Positions 47,791 through 56,852 of a stretch of DNA of 64,000 nucleotides are shown here, piece by piece; position 1 is the stretch's first letter, and the number at the start of each line of letters is the position of its first letter. The DNA comes from Candidatus Zixiibacteriota bacterium (GTDB lineage: Bacteria; Zixibacteria; MSB-5A5; GN15; FEB-12). The stretch spans positions 57,626 through 121,625 of the forward strand of contig JAHOYZ010000026.1 in the NCBI GenBank assembly GCA_019038695.1, given 5' to 3'. The position numbers were made by a program, and so were the translations under genes. Under the pieces are notes generated by a model. It saw only the letters and a program-made list of their open reading frames with translations. It did not search any database and had not been told where the DNA came from.

Positions 47791-50205
47791 TTACCCCCAC
47801 ATCCATCTTGAGAGTTGATAGACACTGAAAGCAGCCAAGTAGGCCAGCACTGTCATATAAGCAAATGTACCTGAAGCATACCACCATGAGCCGGTCTCAC
47901 GCCGGATCGTCACTATTGTTGCACCACATTGTAGGCTAAGAGCGAAGAACACCATTATTGACAGGGCTACCGCCGGAGAAAAGACCAACTGACCGCGACG
48001 AGGCCCATCCTCCCAACGAGCCTGGCGCATTTTGTCAATTAGTGATAATTCGCCGCCATCTTCAGAACCCAAATTGTAGATCGTTCCAATAGTGGCAATA
48101 ATCACTTCTCGCGCAGGAAAAGCGGCCAGCGTGGCCATAGTGATCTTCCAATCCCACCCCAGCGGTAGGAAAATAGGTTCGAGGGTCTTTCCAATGCCGG
48201 CGAAATAGGAGTTCCGCAAGTGAGCGCCAGCCTCAGCATTTCTCAGTTCATTCAGGGTAACCCCCAGAGTCAACTCCTGCCGTCGGATTTCATAGACAGC
48301 CGAGATCGGACTAAGCATATCTTCGTATTGCCTGTCCATCTCAGACCGGACCACGCTCAGTTCAGCAATATCGTTGACGAAAGCGAAACGCTCTCTGATA
48401 TGTCCCAATGTCTCTTGCTGTTCGACGGGAACAGATTCCTTAGAATCGTTGAGCTGGGCGACATAGATCGCAACCGTCTCATCCGTCTCCTGCCTGGCCG
48501 TCTCGGCCTGCAGCGTATATTCCCCAGTGATGGCATCGTCATGGGGAAAATAGCTCAACGCCCAGATGATGATCGTTATCGCCAGAATCACCGTTCCTGC
48601 CCGTAGCACAAAGGACTTTGCACGATTGATTACCCGAACCACCACCGAACGAAGCAAAGGCACCTTGTACGAGGGCAACTCCATCAGGAATGTCCCCCGC
48701 TCAGTCTTGAATACTATTCGCTTCAACACGTACGAAACAACAATAGCAGCCACGATCCCTAACAGGTATAGAGCGGTTAGCACAATGCCCTGTAGGTTTA
48801 GGACACCAAAGTACACACGGTAAGGCACGAAAGCGGCAATCATGATCGCATAGACCGGTAACCGCGCTGAGCAGGTCATCAACGGCGCTACTAAGATCGT
48901 AATGAAGCGTAGTTTCCTGTCCTCAATAGTCCGGGTAGCAAGAATACCGGGGACAGTACAAGCAAATGATGAGAGCATAGGGATGAATGATTTTCCAGAT
49001 AATCCACACCAGCGAAAAAGTCGATCCACTAAAAATGCCGCTCGCGACATGTAGCCAGAGTCTTCCAGAATAGAGATAAAGAGAAAGAGAATAACAATCT
49101 GCGGGATAAACACCAGGACCGAACCGACTCCGCCAATCACGCCATCGGTCAGTAACGATTGCAATGGACCGGGAGCCATCATTGTTTTTACATGCGAAGC
49201 CAATGTGCCAAAGAAACTATCAATGAGATTCATTATCGGTTCGGACCAACTGAAGATCGACTGGAAAACAACCATCATGATCAGGGCCAGCAGGATTGGT
49301 CCCATTATTGAATGCAGAAGAACCATGTCGATGCGCTCAGAGTTGGAGATCCTTCCCGGTTTCACGACCGTCACAACCCGACGAAACAATACTGCCGACT
49401 TGGTGCTGACCGCCTCCTTCTCGACCAGAGACAGGGAACCGTGTGCCTCACGAATACGACGACGACCTTCCCGAAGAGTATCTCCTACGTCTGGCTCCTC
49501 CGCCAGGAAACGCTCCTCGGCCGGTGAGTCAGCATCAAATATAACTCGCAGACGCTCCGCCCGACTATGATATCCATCTTCAGAATCCTTCTGAAGTGAA
49601 CCAATCAACTGTTCCACCTCAGGACCATAAATCTCCCCCGGTGAGACCGGCTCCAGATTCGGTAACTCGGCTGCGGCTGCTTTCAGGGCATCAATACCCA
49701 TACGACGATTGCCTATCACCGGCACTACCGGGATTCCACCGAGAGCTTGCGACAACTCCTCAAAATCAATTTGCAGTCCCCGTCTCTTAGCCAGATCAAT
49801 CATGTTTACCGCAACTACCGTGGGACGTTCTATCTCAAGCACCTGAAACAGAAATGCGAGGCTACGCTCTAGATTAGTTGCGTCGAGGACACAGATTATT
49901 CCGTCCGGTGCTGGGGTATCTCTTAGCTGACCAATCAAAGCCGAAATAGCCACTTCCTCGTCTGGAGAAAAGGCCGACAGGGAATATGTACCTGGAATAT
50001 CAACCAGCGTGAAGGTCCGCTTTTCATCGGGACCAGCCGAGAACCGACCGGATACTCTTTCAACTGTTACGCCGGGGTAGTTGGCGACGCGTTGACTGAG
50101 TCCGGTGATGGCATTAAAAATCGTCGTCTTACCGCAGTTGGGATTACCACAAATAGCAACAGTAGCCATGTGTGCGGCACTGCCTGTGGTACTTCGATGG
50201 GACAT
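47791..50205 (-). CDS. feoB: Ferrous iron transporter FeoB
   Basis: N-terminal G-domain (VAICGNPNCGKTTIFNAITG; DIPGTYSL) followed by a large polytopic membrane domain with Gate motifs. Confidence 0.9.
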   Translation of the reverse strand: MSHRSTTGSAAHMATVAICGNPNCGKTTIFNAITGLSQRVANYPGVTVERVSGRFSAGPDEKRTFTLVDIPGTYSLSAFSPDEEVAISALIGQLRDTPAPDGIICVLDATNLERSLAFLFQVLEIERPTVVAVNMIDLAKRRGLQIDFEELSQALGGIPVVPVIGNRRMGIDALKAAAAELPNLEPVSPGEIYGPEVEQLIGSLQKDSEDGYHSRAERLRVIFDADSPAEERFLAEEPDVGDTLREGRRRIREAHGSLSLVEKEAVSTKSAVLFRRVVTVVKPGRISNSERIDMVLLHSIMGPILLALIMMVVFQSIFSWSEPIMNLIDSFFGTLASHVKTMMAPGPLQSLLTDGVIGGVGSVLVFIPQIVILFLFISILEDSGYMSRAAFLVDRLFRWCGLSGKSFIPMLSSFACTVPGILATRTIEDRKLRFITILVAPLMTCSARLPVYAIMIAAFVPYRVYFGVLNLQGIVLTALYLLGIVAAIVVSYVLKRIVFKTERGTFLMELPSYKVPLLRSVVVRVINRAKSFVLRAGTVILAITIIIWALSYFPHDDAITGEYTLQAETARQETDETVAIYVAQLNDSKESVPVEQQETLGHIRERFAFVNDIAELSVVRSEMDRQYEDMLSPISAVYEIRRQELTLGVTLNELRNAEAGAHLRNSYFAGIGKTLEPIFLPLGWDWKITMATLAAFPAREVIIATIGTIYNLGSEDGGELSLIDKMRQARWEDGPRRGQLVFSPAVALSIMVFFALSLQCGATIVTIRRETGSWWYASGTFAYMTVLAYLAAFSVYQLSRWMWG

Positions 50206-50228
50206 GAAATTGGTTCCTCGCTGCCGTG

Positions 50229-50459
50229 CTACTCGTCCAACTCAACTGCCACGAGAGACGCTTCCGTCTTGCGTAGCGTAATCAGGTTGGAACCAACTCG
50301 AACTTCGAGAGGATCACTGAAAGGAGCATTGCGGAGATAGACAATAGATCGTCCCGGCTGAATCCCAAGCTCGTATAGTCGGCGGACCAATTTGGTGTCG
50401 TCGGAGAACCCCACTACCCGACCTTTTTGACCGGGAACCATCATATTCAGATACGTCAT
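50229..50459 (-). CDS. feoA: Ferrous iron transport protein FeoA
   Basis: 76-aa SH3-like FeoA (GQKGRVVGFSDDTKLVRRLYELGIQPGRSIVYLRNAPFSDPLEVRVGSNLITLRKTEA). Confidence 0.75.
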   Translation of the reverse strand: MTYLNMMVPGQKGRVVGFSDDTKLVRRLYELGIQPGRSIVYLRNAPFSDPLEVRVGSNLITLRKTEASLVAVELDE

Positions 50460-50470
50460 CTTCTCCTACC

Positions 50471-50959
50471 TCAATCCCGTATGGTGTCGGCTCTACCGTC
50501 CAACGTAACTGCCGTTCGATCTGGAGTCTGCTCAATCGATTGGCGCTCCTCGTTAAGGACGCGGCACTCATCACAGAAACCGTGAATCTCTATTTTGAAA
50601 GACTCGGGCCAGAAGTTCTCAGTTCCGGCCGCATGTGCCAAAAGACCTACGATCTGGTCTACATTGAACTCCGTCAATTTTTTACATCCGATACAAAACA
50701 GGTGACCGTGCGGCACTTCCGTCACCCGATCATACCGGGTGATCCCATCCCCAAGGATGACTTCCTGGGCGAGGCCAATCTTGCAGATCAGTTTGAGATT
50801 GCGCCAGACAGTGCTGTATCCGATTGATGGATCCTGTTTGCGAACCACATCATAAAGCTGGTCTACCGAAACATGCTCTTTGATTTCAAAGAAAGCACGA
50901 AAGATCAACTCCCTCTGCGGAGTCATCTTGAAACCTCTCATTTTCAGTAGTTCGCGCAT
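50471..50959 (-). CDS. fur: Fur-family transcriptional regulator
   Basis: Winged-helix N-terminus (MTPQRELIFRAFFEIKEHVSVDQLY...). Metal sites HGHLFCIGCKK and HGFCDEC. Confidence 0.85.
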   Translation of the reverse strand: MRELLKMRGFKMTPQRELIFRAFFEIKEHVSVDQLYDVVRKQDPSIGYSTVWRNLKLICKIGLAQEVILGDGITRYDRVTEVPHGHLFCIGCKKLTEFNVDQIVGLLAHAAGTENFWPESFKIEIHGFCDECRVLNEERQSIEQTPDRTAVTLDGRADTIRD

Positions 50960-50983
50960 CTTTCTCCAAACCTCAATCGGTTA

Positions 50984-51002
50984 AATGAAAACGATTTTCA
51001 TT
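50984..51002. promoter_or_regulatory. Fur-box-like inverted repeat 26-44 nt upstream of the fur start
   Basis: AATGAAAA-cga-TTTTCATT is a perfect 8-bp inverted repeat with a 3-nt spacer. It is AT-rich like the GATAATGATAATCATTATC consensus. Confidence 0.45.
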
Positions 51003-51176
51003 TTCAAGTATCGTCAATTCCCCAGAAAAGTCAAGACCTTTCTGTAAAAAACACAAAGGATTTTATTTATGTGTAAGCTTATGGCTACACATAAGATAGC
51101 CGCCCCGACAAGGGGGCGATTATGAAATTTTCCTAAGGATGGAGATGTCTGCAAGCTGATTGTGCGACTGTCGAAT

Positions 51177-53942
51177 TTACTTCACGAGGACCATTTTCCT
51201 GGTCACGGCCTCGTCGCCACGGATCAGACGATAGAAATAGATACCCGAACCAACTCTGTGACCAGTACGATCATTACCATCCCACTCGACTTGATATTGG
51301 CCGGGGGTCTGAACCTTGTCCACCAACGTGGTTACTTCACGGCCCAAAATATTGAAGACGCTGAGCTTCGTGTGGTTCGGTCGCTCACCGATACTGCCTG
51401 TGGCTCGAAGTGTATATGATATGGTAGTGCTTGGATTGAACGGATTGGGGAAGTTCTGATCCAATTCGAAGCTAGTCGGCAAAGATGAGAACGGCTGGCC
51501 ATCGTAGACCTCACTGGCAATACCACCGAAGAACTGTAGCGACCGCTCTAGCAGGCTATCAACCGGATATCTCCCACCACCATCATCATTGTCTATGTAC
51601 TCGAGTGGAAATGCCAGTAGGATAGTTTGGAAACTACCCTTGAAAGTAACTCCAAAATTCTTATTGGTATCCCACTTTGATTGAAGGACATTCACCCCAC
51701 CCCCGACAGAATTGAGATCACACTGCGAAGGCAATTGCGGAACACCATTACGAAATCTAACAATGATATTATCAAATGCCGTACCACTCACGCCGTCAAG
51801 GAAAGGATCAAAGGAATTGCCTACTTTCTCCGCATGGAAGTAACTTGCCAGGAAGGCCGGGTTGTGTGTCTCGATATTATCTATCCCGGAAAGGGTAGAG
51901 AGGCACAAGCTGTTACCATTATCCAGAAACGTTCCCATCGCGGCTACGTCGTCTGTGCTCAGAACATTGTCATCCACATCGCCTGTAATCCAGAAAACAA
52001 TAGGATACTGCAATAGATCACCGGCAGTTGGAGAGCCACTCGCCGCTTTCTCATAAGTATGGGCAGGAACACGCAAAGCAAGAAAAGCATCTTCGATATT
52101 GGTCTCATAACTTTCACCGCGATCGTCATCAACGATCAACACCTGCGCCGAACCGACCTGTGCCTCAAAACCAAAGGTGGCCGAGAATTCCGACGACCCG
52201 GGTGTCGATTCCAGAGAATCGGTAGTGATCGTTACATAGAACGAATCAATCTTAGAGATAAGATCGGCCGCAAGACTAAACTCAATCGGTATGAGATTGC
52301 TCCTCTCCTGAGCGAAAAGATCGGTGTTAAAATTGACCGATTGGGTTATAAACTGGACATGCGGATTATCGGTCGCGAGGGTGGCCCGGACATTGTATGA
52401 GTACCGCATACGATTGATAACGGTGCAGAAGAACTGGATTGTTTCCCCTGCTTCCAAAATATCGTCGCCGTCGCCCCCCTGGGTATCATCCAGAACCAGA
52501 GGAGACAGACCGTACAATTCCACCCATGGACGGGAGTATCCTTCGTCGCCGTCAATATCGGCGTACATCATGGAATCAGAATCGCTGATCTCCCACAGAC
52601 CCAATTCTGTAACTATGTCGAAATTGGTTCGGCTATTGGGTAATGAAAAATTGTGCCATTCGCGGTTGTGTGTTGCTCCGGGGAATGGGTCACCAGCATC
52701 TCCATAATTGAATTCTGTGTAAGCCAGACCATTATCCCCGTCGGCTTGTTCAAGACTAACATAGTAGCGTGACGGCGTTGTATTCTGAGGTGGGGCATCC
52801 AGATCAACGTGATAAATGAGCAGACCGGCACCCGGAAGACTAATATCAAATCCCATTTTCTGTCGGTTTTCTATCAACCAGTATTCACCGGGATCATATT
52901 GTACCTTATATACTACCGGGTTGTACTCGACAGCCGGAAACGCAACCGAGTCGAGATTGGCCGTCACATCAATCGGTTCCACAAAACCCACAAAAGCCTT
53001 ACAGTAGGCATCCATGTGCGCCGGTTTTTTAGAAGCACCCAGATAATTGCCGCGGGCCATCAATGACCAGTTGCCTAGACCATCAGAACCCACTTCTCCC
53101 CCATCAACATCATAAAGATCCGGTAAGCCCAGAAAATGACCATATTCGTGACACACAACGCCAATTGGCGATATTGAATTCGGACCAGTCTCTTCGGGGT
53201 TCATAGTGTAATTCGTAATCAACACACCATCATAGAAACAATCAGTTCGGAGAGTTGACTTGTGTGACCAGATACCATAGACGCCTTCCTCGGCGCCACG
53301 TCCGGCATGAATGATAATTACGCCGTCGCAAAAACCATCACCTTTAAAGTCATAGTCGGAAAAATCAGCCCCGGAATCGTGAGCCATATCTACGGCGTGC
53401 ACTGCCAGATCACGTGCCCGCGCCTCGCCATCAATGCCATCTTCGCCATTCTCATACCAGGCATAAGTCTCAGGCATTGTGTACCATCCAAAGATATCTC
53501 CCTGGACATAGAATTTGCCGTATGAGTTTTCCATATAGAAATCCGTCATTGAACCGGTGGGATTATCATAGGCACAAGTATCACAGTTTGAGTCTGAAAA
53601 TAATATGGAATCAAACTGGTATGGTTCCGCTGCAACTCCCAGCGTGTAGGGCCAATCAGTGAAATCAACGAGAATACAAATGACTTTGACGGTGTCGATA
53701 GTCTCAACCCCGGTGGCTAATCTGTCGCGACTGTCCTTCTTGTCGAACACCGAATGTTCGACTGGAGAACAGCCACCCTTCTCCTTGAACGATTTCCATC
53801 GGTTGAGTTTCTCCTCAAGGATCCCTTCGCTCTTCCATTTCTCGATAGCCTCTTTGGTTGGTGCCACAGACCAGGCCGAAGCTACCATTAGAAGCATAGA
53901 AGTCAGAATCACTAAGCCAACTATCGCATATCTCGCTATCAT
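51177..53942 (-). CDS. M6 (immune inhibitor A-like) zinc metalloprotease with signal peptide and T9SS C-terminal sorting domain
   Basis: Signal peptide, the HExxH site VVCHEYGHFLGLPDLYD, and a large beta-rich body. CTD ...GIYFYRLIRGDEAVTRKMVLVK. Confidence 0.6.
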   Translation of the reverse strand: MIARYAIVGLVILTSMLLMVASAWSVAPTKEAIEKWKSEGILEEKLNRWKSFKEKGGCSPVEHSVFDKKDSRDRLATGVETIDTVKVICILVDFTDWPYTLGVAAEPYQFDSILFSDSNCDTCAYDNPTGSMTDFYMENSYGKFYVQGDIFGWYTMPETYAWYENGEDGIDGEARARDLAVHAVDMAHDSGADFSDYDFKGDGFCDGVIIIHAGRGAEEGVYGIWSHKSTLRTDCFYDGVLITNYTMNPEETGPNSISPIGVVCHEYGHFLGLPDLYDVDGGEVGSDGLGNWSLMARGNYLGASKKPAHMDAYCKAFVGFVEPIDVTANLDSVAFPAVEYNPVVYKVQYDPGEYWLIENRQKMGFDISLPGAGLLIYHVDLDAPPQNTTPSRYYVSLEQADGDNGLAYTEFNYGDAGDPFPGATHNREWHNFSLPNSRTNFDIVTELGLWEISDSDSMMYADIDGDEGYSRPWVELYGLSPLVLDDTQGGDGDDILEAGETIQFFCTVINRMRYSYNVRATLATDNPHVQFITQSVNFNTDLFAQERSNLIPIEFSLAADLISKIDSFYVTITTDSLESTPGSSEFSATFGFEAQVGSAQVLIVDDDRGESYETNIEDAFLALRVPAHTYEKAASGSPTAGDLLQYPIVFWITGDVDDNVLSTDDVAAMGTFLDNGNSLCLSTLSGIDNIETHNPAFLASYFHAEKVGNSFDPFLDGVSGTAFDNIIVRFRNGVPQLPSQCDLNSVGGGVNVLQSKWDTNKNFGVTFKGSFQTILLAFPLEYIDNDDGGGRYPVDSLLERSLQFFGGIASEVYDGQPFSSLPTSFELDQNFPNPFNPSTTISYTLRATGSIGERPNHTKLSVFNILGREVTTLVDKVQTPGQYQVEWDGNDRTGHRVGSGIYFYRLIRGDEAVTRKMVLVK

Positions 53943-54024
53943 AATCCCAGTTCCTTCAAGAGGTTTGTAACGTGTTGATCACTATCAATATTGACGTTTC
54001 CGGTTACAAAAATGTCAGAATATC

Positions 54025-56640
54025 TCATTTCAACAACAACATCTTTCTCGTTTCGGTGTGCGACGGAGTGGTCAACCGGTAGAAATATACGCCGGTAGCG
54101 ACCGACTCGTTCCGTTCGTCAGTGGCGTCCCATTCAAACCGATGCCACCCAGCCTCAATAGGACCATTATAGATTGTTTTCACATGACGTCCCAGCAAAT
54201 TGTAGACTTCGAGGCTGATCCTGCCAGAGGTGCTCAAGTCAAAGGCAATATTGGTGGTTGGGTTGAACGGATTGGGATAGTTCTGATGCAGCACGAAATC
54301 ACTGGGCAGAACATCATCCTGCGGATCGGTAATGCTGGTGCTGACACCATATAGTTCGCGCGCCACGTTAGCATTAGCCAAAAGACCCTCATGAGTGTTG
54401 GAGCCGACCAAAGCCAGCGCAATTTCTATCGAGTCGTAGGCCGGAACGCTCAGTATGCCCGACCCGGTCACAAACAACCAGTCGCCTGAAGTGCTTTCAT
54501 CAACCCCAGTGTACGCGGGAGATGCAATAAGTTGGCTGAGTTCGGAATCAGTGAAACCGGTCTTGCCAGCTCCATTATCGAGAGCTCTGAATGAAACCAG
54601 ATTGCTCAGTCCTACCAGACCAACTCTCGGGCCACTTGCTGCATACTGGTGCAGAAGTTCAGTTTCGAGATCCCAGGCAACCTGATCACTTCCGGATGTA
54701 AGATCGTAATCAACCAACAACCCAAAGCTCAGTCCGTGAACATCGTCACTGGTGTTGTTGACAAGATAGTATCTAAAAATCAGGAGGCCGTTGTCATCAA
54801 TATTTGGATAGCTGATTGTTTCCTGACGAACCACTATCGGATCGGCCTTGTCTTCGTCGGCGTAAACAGCCACACGGTGAACACCGTCCAAAGAACCGGT
54901 GTATTCTTCTGAGAGCTTCGCTACCGGGGTGAACTCGGAAGGTGCGTACTGTCCCAGACTGTCTCGGACTGAGCTGGACATTGAAGTATTTTCATAGGCG
55001 ATCATGATACCCGCTTCGTAAAGCAGATTATCACTGCCTTGAACTCGAAATCCGTCACCTTCAACATCGTAGATCGAACCGGGGGCGAGTCCATATTGAG
55101 CGAAATCAGATATTGTCATCTCCATCTGAACCGTTGCATGCGTAGCAAAAGTACCACCAGGTAGACTCGGTAACGGTAGATAATCAATCAGGACCGAGGC
55201 ATCAACCAGACCATGCCCATAGGCATTATCTTCGCCGGCCGGTCCAAGATCAATGGCGGACGCTATCAGGGCATTTTTGATCTCCGTGACAGTGGCATCC
55301 GGATTGTGCTGGCGCATGAGGGCGACAAGGCCGGCAATGAACGGAGCCGCCATAGAAGTACCACTCAACACCTTGTACTCTCCATCCTTGCTCGAGGAAC
55401 GGACCGATACGCCGGGAGCGACTACCTCGGGCTTGATTTCGTTTTCATCACACGAAGACGGACCCCGGCTGGAGAAACCAGCGATCTGGGAATTATTATC
55501 AACCGCCCCGACCGCAAATGAAGTCAGCGGAGAAAGAGCCATGTCGGCCGGATTGCGCAGTGAAGCAGGCTCGGGACCTTCGTTACCGGCCGCAAAGATG
55601 GTTACAATTCCAGCTGCCTCGACATTGCTGATTACTGTGGCAAAGGTCAGATCACAGGGGACGAAAAGTCCTTTCGGGATTCCCCAACTGTTAAGAATAA
55701 CATCGGGGACGTCGTCGGTAGTCGTTGAGTCACCATCCGGATCAAGTGCCCACTGGAAAGCTTCAATGATGTCGGAAAGTGTCGTCGCCAGATCCCGTCC
55801 CTGGTCGATGACACCGGCACTAATCCACTCAGCATCAGGAGCCACTCCGAACGAATCCGCATCAACAGAACCGACCATAATACCCATCGTGTGGGTGCCG
55901 TGACCGATTTTGTCGGTAGGATTGGTATCTGGACTCACTTTGGAAAACCAGGTAGCAGAAAGTTCGGCATGGTTGCCGCGCCATTTGGGAGCCAGGGCGG
56001 GATGAACCTGATCAACTCCGGTATCAAAAGAACAGACCAACCGACCCGTTCCAGTCAATCCGCGCGCCCATAACGAGGGAACATTGAGAAGCTCAAGGTG
56101 GCTGGCCACTGATGAGGTCGAGAATTCCGGAGAATTCTTCACTTCAATCGGCTCATCGAAACTGAGCGCGGCATCCTCGACTACCAGTTCCAGACCGGTC
56201 ATAAGAGCCAATGACTCCAGGCGAGAGAGTGGGAGTCTTGCCGACAAAGCCGGAACGATCCAGTATTCCGTCACCGAACGTTGAGAGTGGGTCTGGAGGA
56301 AACGTCGCACCAAGTCAGCATGAGGTGACTGATAAGCACGCAGTGTCGATGTAACCTTCTTGATGAGTTCATGACGGGTGAGACCAGCTCTTTCTGACTG
56401 AATGATTTCCTCGGTAAGGTAACTTCCATCCAGAAACACCACTACGTCGATCAGGCTGTCAGGAGAACCCTTAGCATCAAAAACCAACTGATTGAGCCCG
56501 GGAGATAGAGTCAGAGCCTTTGCCCCGGCTGTCGGGGTCAGGCATGCTACAATCAAGAGAACCGTAATCAACGCTATAGTATGGTGCAAATACTGCTTCA
56601 TCAAATCACCTCCTGCTATGTCCAACAGCTCTTTGAGCAA
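54025..56640 (-). CDS. S8 subtilisin-family serine peptidase with T9SS C-terminal sorting domain
   Basis: Signal peptide. Asp/His/Ser blocks (FDTGVDQVHPAL; HGTHTMGIMVGS; GTSMAAPFIAGLVALM). CTD ...GVYFYRLTTPSHTETRKMLLLK. Confidence 0.8.
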   Translation of the reverse strand: MLKELLDIAGGDLMKQYLHHTIALITVLLIVACLTPTAGAKALTLSPGLNQLVFDAKGSPDSLIDVVVFLDGSYLTEEIIQSERAGLTRHELIKKVTSTLRAYQSPHADLVRRFLQTHSQRSVTEYWIVPALSARLPLSRLESLALMTGLELVVEDAALSFDEPIEVKNSPEFSTSSVASHLELLNVPSLWARGLTGTGRLVCSFDTGVDQVHPALAPKWRGNHAELSATWFSKVSPDTNPTDKIGHGTHTMGIMVGSVDADSFGVAPDAEWISAGVIDQGRDLATTLSDIIEAFQWALDPDGDSTTTDDVPDVILNSWGIPKGLFVPCDLTFATVISNVEAAGIVTIFAAGNEGPEPASLRNPADMALSPLTSFAVGAVDNNSQIAGFSSRGPSSCDENEIKPEVVAPGVSVRSSSKDGEYKVLSGTSMAAPFIAGLVALMRQHNPDATVTEIKNALIASAIDLGPAGEDNAYGHGLVDASVLIDYLPLPSLPGGTFATHATVQMEMTISDFAQYGLAPGSIYDVEGDGFRVQGSDNLLYEAGIMIAYENTSMSSSVRDSLGQYAPSEFTPVAKLSEEYTGSLDGVHRVAVYADEDKADPIVVRQETISYPNIDDNGLLIFRYYLVNNTSDDVHGLSFGLLVDYDLTSGSDQVAWDLETELLHQYAASGPRVGLVGLSNLVSFRALDNGAGKTGFTDSELSQLIASPAYTGVDESTSGDWLFVTGSGILSVPAYDSIEIALALVGSNTHEGLLANANVARELYGVSTSITDPQDDVLPSDFVLHQNYPNPFNPTTNIAFDLSTSGRISLEVYNLLGRHVKTIYNGPIEAGWHRFEWDATDERNESVATGVYFYRLTTPSHTETRKMLLLK

Positions 56641-56852
56641 AGGACGTGCCGTAGAGAATAGGACTTACCGTGCTCGGAAGCTGTGCATAGTATTGCAGGA
56701 GATCATCTCCTTCCTACCTTAAGTTATATAATAACAAGCAGATAGGCAACCCCCCATCCAACCCTTCAGGGGACACTCTATTTACACTCTCTGGGTACCG
56801 TTTGCAATGGTGATCTAGAATGCACATTTTGGTATAATTCGTAGCTTTTTTT

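Noticed and set aside
51101-51135. GC hairpin CGCCCC-gacaag-GGGGCG as the terminator of the M6 protease gene
   Set aside because: The T/A-rich tract follows it on the plus strand only, whereas the upstream gene is on the minus strand. It is more likely part of the structured fur promoter region than an intrinsic terminator.
55253-55903. 216-aa plus-strand ORF rich in Ser/Ala/Pro
   Set aside because: It is antisense to the catalytic core of the S8 protease gene. Its low-complexity translation is typical of a GC-rich reverse frame.
56802-56838. TTGCAA ... TATAAT as a sigma-70 promoter for the GT39-TPR gene
   Set aside because: The spacing between the candidate -35 and -10 hexamers is about 25 nt, too long for a canonical sigma-70 promoter. 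It is not reported as a feature.
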